This document shows positions 9,473 through 18,223 of a stretch of 64,000 bases of DNA, piece by piece; position 1 is the first letter of the stretch; each line of letters opens with the position of its first letter. Origin of the DNA: a virus. Lineage: Duplodnaviria; Caudoviricetes. Both the position numbers and the translations under genes were made by a program. The notes under the pieces are model-generated. The model did not search any database, was not told where the DNA came from, and saw nothing but the letters and a program-made list of their open reading frames with translations. The stretch covers positions 39,170-103,169 of IMG/VR virus record IMGVR_UViG_3300013121_000016. One strand, 5' to 3'.

Positions 9473-9484
9473 ATAATTTTGTAT
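9473..9484 (+). promoter_or_regulatory. ATAATTTTGTAT motif (contains the Bacteroidota TAnnTTTG -7 consensus)
   Basis: An identical 12-mer recurs at 27408-27419; both lie in rare intergenic gaps just before an ATG. Confidence 0.35.
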
Positions 9485-10526
9485 GGAAAATCACATAGAA
9501 GATCCGCTCGAGGAATTTATCGCTGCTGGCATAGTCCAGAAGGATGCCTCTAATAAGGACACACCGTCTCCCGAAGATTTACTTCTCCAAGACGATGACC
9601 CCGAGCCCCCTTCTGAGGATAACGATCCCCCTATTCACGATGATGAAGACTCTGAAGAAGTACAAGCTCAATACGAGTTCCTACTTTCCACTGGGTTCAT
9701 CCAGCCTCCAAGCGAAGACTACGAGTTTGACGGCAAGGCTGAAACTCTTGAAGAACTTATCGGACAATCACGTCGATCCGCAGAGAGCTCAGGCATCAAC
9801 AAACTCTGGGCAGCGCTTTCCCCAGAATTCCAATCCGTAATTGAGTACGCACTCAATGGCGGCCAAGATCTCGAAAGCTTCTACAGAGAATACTCGGCAC
9901 CTGATTTCTCGTCTATTGACATTAAGAAACCTGAGAATCAGCGTAGGGTCATTCGCGAATACTTTAAACAAACTACGCCGTATACGGATGAGCGCATCGA
10001 TAAAATGATCGCGCGTTTAGAAGAAGACGGTGAACTGGAGAGTGAAGCACTCCAGACAATAGAAGACCTTCAAGACTTAAGGGAACAGCGTAAAGCCAAG
10101 TACCTAAAAGAACAACAGGAACAAGAAAGAGAGCTTAGAGCTGAAAATGAACGCAAGACTAACGAGTTAGTTAACGCAATTAACACGTCTAACTTTATTC
10201 ATCAGCAGCGTCGCGACAAAGTGCGCGCTTTCTTTTTTAATCCTATTAAAGTTAATGACCAGGTAACAACTGGTTTCAATGAAGCGCTCCGAGCGATACG
10301 CGCCAACCCGGAACATCAAGCTCAGCTAGCTGACATTTTACTTGATTACGATCCTAGGAACGGTATATCACTCGAACGTATCGAAAAGCGAGTTAAATCT
10401 AAAGCCACATCAGACTTTAAATCAAAGCTCGGACGAGTCACTAACCCTAAGTTAACGACTCCTTCTTCCTCAGGGAAGAACAAACAATCTGACGACAATT
10501 TTTTATCTAAATGACTTTCTGCTTAA
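9483..10526 (+). CDS. acidic scaffold-like protein preceding the MCP (347 aa with TGA=Trp near the C-terminus)
   Basis: D/E-rich N-terminus and coiled coil; TGA 10512 read as W extends by WLSA to TAA 10526, 3 nt before the MCP ATG. Confidence 0.7.
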
Positions 10527-10529
10527 TAA

Positions 10530-12002
10530 ATGGCAACTCCTCAATCCTCCTTTATTATTAAACAGTTGGAAGGCTTTGGTGGCTCCTTTGTAGATTCCGA
10601 TTACTTGGGCGCTTCCTACGAGATAGGTAAACCTCACGTATTCGAAGGTACGCTCATGAAAGTGTACTCTTCACAGTCCATGTTCTTCGGTCTTAAGCCG
10701 CTGATCTCCATGACTGGCGCAAAAGGCGGTACTGTTGAGATCCCTACCGAAATCTACCGTTGGTCACTGCAAGGCGCTGAAGAGCGCACTGCACGTAGCC
10801 TTGAAAACCTGGAATCGTCCAACGACACCCCGGGCTTGAATGGTACGACCTTCCGCATCAAACTTGACATCGACTACTACAAGTATCCGGATGTCCTCTT
10901 CTCGGAAGACAATGAACTTCCGCTTGCTATCCAAGAAGGCCCGATTCCTGACGGAACTGGCTTCATCTACATTGTTCGCATTCAATCGGACAATCCTACT
11001 CTCTACCTGCCTAACACGTACCTGGAACCAGGTCGCCAGTTCAACAAAGTTTGGACTTCGACTCCTTCAGAAAACAATCAATGGTACGGCACACAACAGG
11101 CTCCCAATACCTTCCAGCTCGAAGCTCAAGTTGGCTTCTTCTCTCAAGGTTTGGAAGTAACTGACAAGGCTATGCGTGAAGACGGTCGCCTGCTCATCAA
11201 ATTCCTCCACACGGATGCATCTGGTAACTCCACAGTTATCAACAAATTCATCCCTTACTACGAGGCTAAGATGCAAGACGAACTGTACCGCTCCATGGAG
11301 GTTAACCTCATGTACGGTAAGCGCTCAACCCTGCCGGGCAAAGAGAAGTACTGGACCAAAACTGGTGCTGGTTTGCGCGAGCAACTCCGCGATTCTTGGA
11401 TCGAGACATACTCCTCAGCTCTGACAGCTAACATGCTTCAGGACTACCTGATGAATATTTTCTTCGCTCGTGAAAATGAGCAGAACCGTTCGGTTCGGGC
11501 TATGACCGGTACCTTGGGCTCACTCTTGTTTCACAATGCGCTTGTCGCCATCTCCAACGGTTTCTTAACCGTTGACTCTCACTTCATCTCTTCGGCTCCC
11601 AATGGCTCGGCCGTTCCTGGCTTGGCGTATGGCGCTCAATTCACGCGCTACCGTGGACCAGAAGGTATCATTGTAGACTTGATGAAGAATGGTATGAATG
11701 ACTCTACGCTGTACTGCAAACGTTTCCACCCGCAGTATCCTGATATGCCGATTGACTCAGCTCGTATGACGTTCCTTGATTTTGGAACTTCCGGCGGTCA
11801 AAACAACATCTCGATGCTCAAAGTGAAAAACTCGTTTACTTACGGTGTTGTAGAAGGCATGGTTGGTCCTAACGGTCCTAAGACTTCGGGCACGACTTCT
11901 TCGCTCAAGCATTCCTACGATGTGGGTATGAGTGGCTCGGCTGGTATCTGGGTTAAAGATATCACGCGCTGCGGTGAACTCATCATGGACTTCGAAGGGT
12001 AA
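10530..12002 (+). CDS. major capsid protein
   Basis: 490 aa; position after portal and scaffold; YRWSL and TGAGLREQL motifs typical of crAss-like MCPs; C-ending codon bias suggests high expression; 6 TGG and no TGA. Confidence 0.85.
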   Translation: MATPQSSFIIKQLEGFGGSFVDSDYLGASYEIGKPHVFEGTLMKVYSSQSMFFGLKPLISMTGAKGGTVEIPTEIYRWSLQGAEERTARSLENLESSNDTPGLNGTTFRIKLDIDYYKYPDVLFSEDNELPLAIQEGPIPDGTGFIYIVRIQSDNPTLYLPNTYLEPGRQFNKVWTSTPSENNQWYGTQQAPNTFQLEAQVGFFSQGLEVTDKAMREDGRLLIKFLHTDASGNSTVINKFIPYYEAKMQDELYRSMEVNLMYGKRSTLPGKEKYWTKTGAGLREQLRDSWIETYSSALTANMLQDYLMNIFFARENEQNRSVRAMTGTLGSLLFHNALVAISNGFLTVDSHFISSAPNGSAVPGLAYGAQFTRYRGPEGIIVDLMKNGMNDSTLYCKRFHPQYPDMPIDSARMTFLDFGTSGGQNNISMLKVKNSFTYGVVEGMVGPNGPKTSGTTSSLKHSYDVGMSGSAGIWVKDITRCGELIMDFEG

Positions 12003-12514
12003 TGATAGAAATAGTTTTAACTGGTGTACTCTCTTTTATTTTTGGTGGTAGTTTAATTGGCTATCTTAAGTTTTATCAAGACAAGAGAAAAGATCACCTT
12101 ACATTCATAGAGTCTGATTGGCAAAGAACAAAACATGCTTATGAGACTTTACGTACCGAGGTAGACAAGTTAAAATTAGCTGTTATGCCTTCAGCTGTTC
12201 CTGAATGGAGAAAGGACATCAGAGGCACGTATGTGTACGTTTCACCACAGTATGAGATGTATATTTTACTGCCTCTGTCCCTAACCGTTCTCGATATTCT
12301 CGGGAAAACAGATGACGACGTTTTTGCAGATTATCCGGATTTTGCTGCCGTTCTAAAGGCAATTGACAATGAGGCTAGACTCTCTTACAAGAAATTCGCA
12401 GTCCGCCGTAACGTTCAATTTCCAGGACAAATGGGCACTTCAATGGTAATTAAAGAAATTTCACAGACTGTTGACGGTACTACATATTTTATAGGCCGTT
12501 GTTATCCAGAATAA
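12002..12514 (+). CDS. membrane-anchored PAS-domain protein
   Basis: N-terminal TM helix, short coiled coil, then WRKDIRGTYVYVS...ILGKTDDDVF...A...D, the PAS_4-like KD.EG.Y...GKTD.D.F pattern. Confidence 0.65.
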   Translation: MIEIVLTGVLSFIFGGSLIGYLKFYQDKRKDHLTFIESDWQRTKHAYETLRTEVDKLKLAVMPSAVPEWRKDIRGTYVYVSPQYEMYILLPLSLTVLDILGKTDDDVFADYPDFAAVLKAIDNEARLSYKKFAVRRNVQFPGQMGTSMVIKEISQTVDGTTYFIGRCYPE

Positions 12515-12517
12515 TTT

Positions 12518-12784
12518 ATGCGCAAAAAACTTAAACAGTCATCATCCTCTTCCAACTTCTGGGTTGGTCTAGCCACCCTAGGATCAGCCGCCGTCACAGC
12601 TGTTATAACTGTACTTACCTCTGATCCAGAAGCGATCAAAACAATGACATTGACTACATTCAGTACAACTATACTGATGCAAATGTCAAATATACTTTAT
12701 CATTTAAATAAGAATACTGCGATACCCACACAAGGATTGGCAGGTCCCCATACCCAGGGGGGTACAAATCTGGATACACAATGA
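12518..12784 (+). CDS. small two-TM protein, holin-like
   Basis: Basic N-terminus, SSNFWVGL, two hydrophobic segments; ends in TGA within an ATGA overlap (or TAG 12799 if read through). Confidence 0.5.
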   Translation: MRKKLKQSSSSSNFWVGLATLGSAAVTAVITVLTSDPEAIKTMTLTTFSTTILMQMSNILYHLNKNTAIPTQGLAGPHTQGGTNLDTQ

Positions 12785-13773
12785 ACAACAGAAACTTAGT
12801 ATTTATTTACACAATACCGCGTCCTTCGGCGCTCGGTCTATCTGAATGGACCTCAGACACCTCAGGTGTCAAACTTAAGAAAACTAAGGTTGGTAAGACT
12901 GCCGATTACATAAGAGCACTTTATTCGCCCACTATTGGCGGTCTTGCTAATCACATATCTTACACACCGTGGATGGAAGCAGGTGAGCCTCAGCTCGATG
13001 CAGCCGGCAAGCCACAAATGCTCCAAACAAAGTACGAAGAGAAGTGGAACCTCCCTAAAGGCTTTTTACATAACCGTCCTTTTGGTTTCCATGTTCACTC
13101 AAATAAGGCCCCTGAAGAACTTTCTTTTTTCCAGTCTTATCGCTGGAAACTTGTTGATGGCTGCACAGTCTTAGACAAGTCAAAGATGGAAGATGAAATG
13201 GGATATTTCACGATGTTAGCTTCGTCTAAAGTAGCTAACTCAGAGCGTGAGTATCGCATGCATAAATGGCCCAAAGCTCAATGGTATATTGCGCTTGAGA
13301 ATGAAAGCGAAGAAATTAAGTACGAAAAGTCACTCGCCAAAACGCACGCGTACGCAGCCCTTCACTCAACAGAGTTAACGGACAACTACAAGCGCAAATT
13401 GGTCTCACTCCTAGGCTTAGTAGATTCTACCTCCTCTATCTCACAGCAACTTATCCACAATACGCTCACGGCATTCATCGAAAACTCTTCTGCTGGTCCT
13501 GGCTCAAACATAGAAAAGTTCCAGTATTACGTCAACTTACTTAAAACGCAAGATGGTCGTGAACGCTTCGAAGCTATGTGGACTCTTAAGCAAGCAATTG
13601 ATTTGCGTATTATTGATGAGCGCCAAGATACTTACACTTGGAAACGTCCTTCAGGAACACCGCTACCAATTGCTGATCGATATTCAGAAGCCGTAGATTT
13701 CTTTATCAATCCTAAAAAGTCGGTTGAACAAGAAGAGATCCAAAGCCAAATAGACGCTAAATTACCTCGTTAA
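12781..13773 (+). CDS. conserved crAss-like protein downstream of the MCP (function unknown)
   Basis: 330 aa; KWPKAQWYI and LKQAIDLRII motifs; positional conservation. Confidence 0.65.
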   Translation: MNNRNLVFIYTIPRPSALGLSEWTSDTSGVKLKKTKVGKTADYIRALYSPTIGGLANHISYTPWMEAGEPQLDAAGKPQMLQTKYEEKWNLPKGFLHNRPFGFHVHSNKAPEELSFFQSYRWKLVDGCTVLDKSKMEDEMGYFTMLASSKVANSEREYRMHKWPKAQWYIALENESEEIKYEKSLAKTHAYAALHSTELTDNYKRKLVSLLGLVDSTSSISQQLIHNTLTAFIENSSAGPGSNIEKFQYYVNLLKTQDGRERFEAMWTLKQAIDLRIIDERQDTYTWKRPSGTPLPIADRYSEAVDFFINPKKSVEQEEIQSQIDAKLPR

Positions 13774-14510
13774 TGACTAACGCAGAACTTTATTACGCAA
13801 TAGACATCAATCTAGATCGCATTGCGACACTTGCGAATCCCGATCTAAATGTGGCGGAAAAGGACTGATTATTAACCGAGGCACAGCTGATGCTAATTAA
13901 GCAGCGCTTTTCCGCTCTGTCCAATCCTAAAAGAGCTGGCTTTGAGCATACTGAAAAGCGTATACAGGACTTAAGCTCTTTAGTAATTAAATCGCCAATC
14001 CAACCTCCGATTATTCCGACTGTCCTTGACACAGGTGTAGTCGAAGTTGACCTGGCCCAAACAATCTATCCTTACTTATTTATCATCTCGGCTTTTGCTA
14101 CAGTTGAAATAAGTGAAGATTGTCTTAAAGAAATTCCACTTAAGTTCATACAGCACGACGATTACAGAGAAATCCTAAGGGATCCTTTCAACTCACCTTC
14201 ACAAGAGTTTCTCCCTTATAATCTAGGATTAGCCTCGTCAAGACTAAATCCGTCAATGTTCGTCTATACAGGCAGCATCGACTCAACAGCAGTCAGTTCT
14301 GTGAGCGTAGAGTTCATAAGACGTCCACCAAGAGTATCATCCGGTACTTACACGTATTTGGATGGTATTACTTATCCGCAAACAGGTCTATCGGTACCAG
14401 AGCACTTACAACTTGAAGTTGTAGACTTAGCCTGTCAACTTGCGGCGCTTTCCACTCAGAATCCTGAGTACATACAGCTGCGCAATCAAAAAGTACTGAT
14501 CAACGAATAA
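13773..14510 (+). CDS. head-tail ring/adaptor-type structural protein, 245 aa with 1 TGA=Trp
   Basis: ATG 13773 (TAATG coupling); TGA 13866 gives AEKD[W]LLTEAQ; GFEHTEKRIQDLSSL and PEHLQLEVVDLA motifs. Confidence 0.75.
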
Positions 14511-14539
14511 TTTCATATCTTAATTAATTTTTATACAAC

Positions 14540-15895
14540 ATGACTTCTAATAACAGACGTAGAATGGAGTCGTTCCTCGTGAACCTCGCCGGAGCTACTA
14601 CAATCCCGGTTTCGACCACTACTCTTGTTAACTCCTCCACCGGAGCTGTTAACCTGACGAACGGTCAACTCGGTATCGTTTCTGTTTCGCCCTTTGGCAC
14701 GATTGGTCACAACGTATTCACTGATTCGACCCCAACTGTAGCAGAGAACCCGATCATCCAGATCGTTCAAGGTACTCCGTACTCCGCCTCCCCGGCAACG
14801 GCCTCAGTGAAATACCCTCTGTGGGCTCGTCCTTTTGAGGCGTCCTCCCCTATCGATGGCCGTAACAATTCCCTGATGGTTACTAAGCAAGACTTCCGCT
14901 ATGGCTCACATTCGTTGTGGGTACTTGGCGAACCGTCCGCTACTACAACTGGTCAGATCAACGTTCTTGATGAAACCGAATACGCTCTCCACATCGCCTT
15001 TGCAGGCCGTCGTGTAGAATATCAGTACTCGCTGGAACAAGCAGCTTCGCTGTCCGTCTCCGTAACTACTCCGAACTTCACTGATCTGTCGGCTACTTAC
15101 ACCGAGCCTGTAGACTGGATTGTACAAAAGCTTGGTTACGAGATCAATCGTAACTCACAGTACTTCCAACTCGGCGCCCGCTTCCAAGGTTCCGATCCTA
15201 TTGTCGCCTTCGCAGTGTCTGATGATGCTGGCGGTGACCAGGAAATCGCAGCTCTGACTGTAGGTGCAGTTGTAGACGTATTCGTTTACAATGGTGTTAC
15301 GCGCACCATCACGTTGACCAAAGAGATGGTTGACACTCTTCAAGAGGCCGCTACCGCTTCAGGCTTCACCTACATTACCGCTATCGACCTTTCGACTGCA
15401 GGCACTGCTGGTGCTACAGTGGCGAACTCAGGTCTCTTCATCATGGCTCTGGATTCTAACACTGCCCACATTGACTACATCCCTGAGATCAAAAATCGCA
15501 TCCGTGTGGGTCTTAAGCGCGGTTTTGACTACTCCACGGTAACTCTCGATGAGACTGTTGCTGCTGACGAAGGTCAAGGTTACGCTCGCCAATTGGAACT
15601 GCTGTACCAAAATACAGCCGGCCAGCGCAAGTACGCTCAAAAACACACACTTGATCCGGTAATCAAATTTGATTCGCCGATCGTAAGTGGACAAGAATAT
15701 GTCGTGTATAACATTTTACACGGCCGTTCGGAGCAAATCGATCACGCAAACATCGTTTATTCTCCTTTCCGTGAGATAGTGTGTATTCCACGCTACTCCT
15801 CGGGCACAACAACCAACGCCGTCATCGCGACTTTCGATACGGCAATCAACGCCTTCTTGGCCTCCGCAGGTTCTTCTGCAATCGTGTCGATCTAA
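14540..15895 (+). CDS. abundant virion structural protein (auxiliary capsid/decoration-like)
   Basis: 451 aa, Thr/Ala/Val-rich, MCP-like codon bias, followed by a terminator. Confidence 0.6.
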   Translation: MTSNNRRRMESFLVNLAGATTIPVSTTTLVNSSTGAVNLTNGQLGIVSVSPFGTIGHNVFTDSTPTVAENPIIQIVQGTPYSASPATASVKYPLWARPFEASSPIDGRNNSLMVTKQDFRYGSHSLWVLGEPSATTTGQINVLDETEYALHIAFAGRRVEYQYSLEQAASLSVSVTTPNFTDLSATYTEPVDWIVQKLGYEINRNSQYFQLGARFQGSDPIVAFAVSDDAGGDQEIAALTVGAVVDVFVYNGVTRTITLTKEMVDTLQEAATASGFTYITAIDLSTAGTAGATVANSGLFIMALDSNTAHIDYIPEIKNRIRVGLKRGFDYSTVTLDETVAADEGQGYARQLELLYQNTAGQRKYAQKHTLDPVIKFDSPIVSGQEYVVYNILHGRSEQIDHANIVYSPFREIVCIPRYSSGTTTNAVIATFDTAINAFLASAGSSAIVSI

Positions 15896-15917
15896 TTTTT
15901 CCATTCAAAGTTCTTCC

Positions 15918-15972
15918 AAAAGGGGTCTTAAGGGAGTCGTTTCTACGTCTCACTCTAGACCCTTTTATTTTT
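15918..15972 (+). terminator. intrinsic terminator
   Basis: AAAAGGGGTCT...AGACCCTTTT stem followed by a T-rich run. Confidence 0.6.
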
Positions 15973-15986
15973 TAACAACTTAACAA

Positions 15987-16481
15987 ATGTTAACTACACA
16001 ACAACTTTCTCGCATATTCCTTCCGCTTTCTTTCGGCAAGCGCTCGGGCAATTCTGCCTCCCTTTACGAGATCATCAATTCTTACCTTAAACTGTTCCCT
16101 ACCAATAAGGTAGTTGTAAACTCTTCTGCTCCCGCTGCCACCATAACAATTGGTGATGCGGCTAATAATGGCGATACGGATGGAGCGGTTTCTATCGTCG
16201 GCAATAAGTACGCAGGTCAAATTACTGTTGAAACAGGTGATGCTACCGCGGCTGATGATGTGATCTGCACTGTCAATTTAAATGATAGTAAGTACGACGA
16301 AAGCGTGAACACGTTATTTGTCCAAATTACTCCGGTAAATGCAGACACCGCCCCCTACGCAGTATTTACGCATGTGGAAGATGCCCTCAATCCTGGAGGA
16401 GAGTTCACCCTTAACAACTCTGATACACCGTTGGTCGCCGCCACTACGTACGTTTGGAACTACACAGTCCACTACATATAA
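15987..16481 (+). CDS. small virion fibre/decoration protein
   Basis: N-terminal IFLP motif shared with 16485 and 24150; beta-rich C-terminus. Confidence 0.6.
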   Translation: MLTTQQLSRIFLPLSFGKRSGNSASLYEIINSYLKLFPTNKVVVNSSAPAATITIGDAANNGDTDGAVSIVGNKYAGQITVETGDATAADDVICTVNLNDSKYDESVNTLFVQITPVNADTAPYAVFTHVEDALNPGGEFTLNNSDTPLVAATTYVWNYTVHYI

Positions 16482-16484
16482 ACT

Positions 16485-18221
16485 ATGGCTAAATATTCAC
16501 TAGACACGCTCACCTCTATTTTTCTTCCGAAAAATATACGTAAAAGACGGGATAACTATCCTGAGTCTAGAGTCACTCTAGTGCCACACGCCGATGCCAT
16601 AAGTTTGTACCATGTAGTTAAAGACATAATCGAGTACTTAAATATTACTCCCGGCAGTGGTACTACAGATTTGACTGCGACTCACGCAGCGTCATCCGTA
16701 ATCATTGAATCTTCGTCAGGTGATGACGCAACAATTAATGCAGCTACGACAACACTTGCTGGCGTCATGACTGCATCAGATAAAACAAACTTAAATTCTT
16801 TAGTTACATTAAGTGGTGTCTCAGCAGCATCTACAGACCTAGGTACATTCACAGGTACGACAATCGCCGATTCTTCCACAATTAAACAAGCACTTCAAGC
16901 ACTTGAAACGTCCTTGGAAGCCGGCGGTTCTTATACTGATGAAAATGCTCAGGACGCTATCGGAGGAATTCTCTTAGACTCAGCGACAATCGACTTTACA
17001 TACGTAGACGGAACACCATCAATATCAGCAGCAGTTAAAGATGCTTCGATAACGTACTCGAAAATTGCTAACGTAAATGCTGAAAGGCTTTTGGGTAGAT
17101 ACTCCAATTCAATTGGAGTAGTACAAGAAGTCTCACTTGGTGCAGGGCTTGCATTCTCTGGATCAACACTCACACACTCTGACACATCTTCTGTAGCTAA
17201 CTCCACTAATTCAGGAGCCACTGTCCTTCAATCAATCTCTTTCGACACATTCGGACACGTTCAAACAGTAACAACGAAAACGATTACTGCAGCAGACATT
17301 GGAAGTATCGATGGTTCAGGTGGGGCAAATAGAGTCGCTTACTGGGTAGATGGAGATACGCTGACTTCTGATGCAGACTTTACGTTCAACGGAAGTGGTC
17401 TTGCAATCAACACAACCTTAGCAGCTTCGCACACTCTCACGGTAGGGGGCGCAACAAAGACGGCAACACTTACCGTAGAAGGCGTTGGGGCACTTGGCGG
17501 CTCACTTGCGGCCGCAGAAATACGTCTGAACAACACTACAGCCTTAACAGGCCAAACGTGGTATCTTAACTCGGCTAACGCAGGCAACCTCTACATCGCA
17601 ACGAATTCATTAAATCCAGAATTAACTTTGGATACGAATGGCGATGTGTTAGTTGAAAATAGATTGTCTTTGGGAGATTCTCTCACAGGGACGGCTACCC
17701 GTGTCATAGGCATAACTGCTGACGGTTATCTCAGAGAAATCACGATGGGATCTAACATGATCCTGTCTTCTAATCAGCTTTCTTCTTCGGGAGGCGGTGG
17801 AGGCGGAGGTGGCTACGATGAAATCCAGAAAGATACCACTCCTTTTACGCCTTACTCTATACTTAACTTTGTTGGTGTTGCATTCGATGTTTCAGATAAT
17901 GCTATCAATTCTTCGACCGACGTCGAACTCCATTCCAATCTCGAGACGATTGCCGATATCTCAGGCTTAAGTAGTGGAGACTTTATTTACTATAATTCAT
18001 CGGCTTTCCAGAAACTAACTCCAGTAAAAGATACACAAGACATTTCTTCGGGTACTACTGTAACGCTTCCTTCTTCTCCGGCAGCTAATACGATTGTAGA
18101 TGTTTATCGCAACGGAATACTCCAAGAAGAGAATGAGGATTACACGATCGCGGGGACACTTCTAACTTTTACTAATCCGTTTGTGACTGGAGAAAAGGTA
18201 ACCACAAAATACTTCACATAA
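16485..18221 (+). CDS. fibre protein
   Basis: 578 aa, T/S/G/A-rich; ATTTLAGVMTASDK and YTDENAQDAIG fibre repeats; poly-Gly hinge; C-terminal VYRNG domain. Confidence 0.75.
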   Translation: MAKYSLDTLTSIFLPKNIRKRRDNYPESRVTLVPHADAISLYHVVKDIIEYLNITPGSGTTDLTATHAASSVIIESSSGDDATINAATTTLAGVMTASDKTNLNSLVTLSGVSAASTDLGTFTGTTIADSSTIKQALQALETSLEAGGSYTDENAQDAIGGILLDSATIDFTYVDGTPSISAAVKDASITYSKIANVNAERLLGRYSNSIGVVQEVSLGAGLAFSGSTLTHSDTSSVANSTNSGATVLQSISFDTFGHVQTVTTKTITAADIGSIDGSGGANRVAYWVDGDTLTSDADFTFNGSGLAINTTLAASHTLTVGGATKTATLTVEGVGALGGSLAAAEIRLNNTTALTGQTWYLNSANAGNLYIATNSLNPELTLDTNGDVLVENRLSLGDSLTGTATRVIGITADGYLREITMGSNMILSSNQLSSSGGGGGGGGYDEIQKDTTPFTPYSILNFVGVAFDVSDNAINSSTDVELHSNLETIADISGLSSGDFIYYNSSAFQKLTPVKDTQDISSGTTVTLPSSPAANTIVDVYRNGILQEENEDYTIAGTLLTFTNPFVTGEKVTTKYFT

Positions 18222-18223
18222 AA

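Noticed and set aside
17788-17813. GGN repeat as a contingency or slippage locus
   Set aside because: Mixed Gly codons encoding a flexible hinge, not a perfect nucleotide repeat
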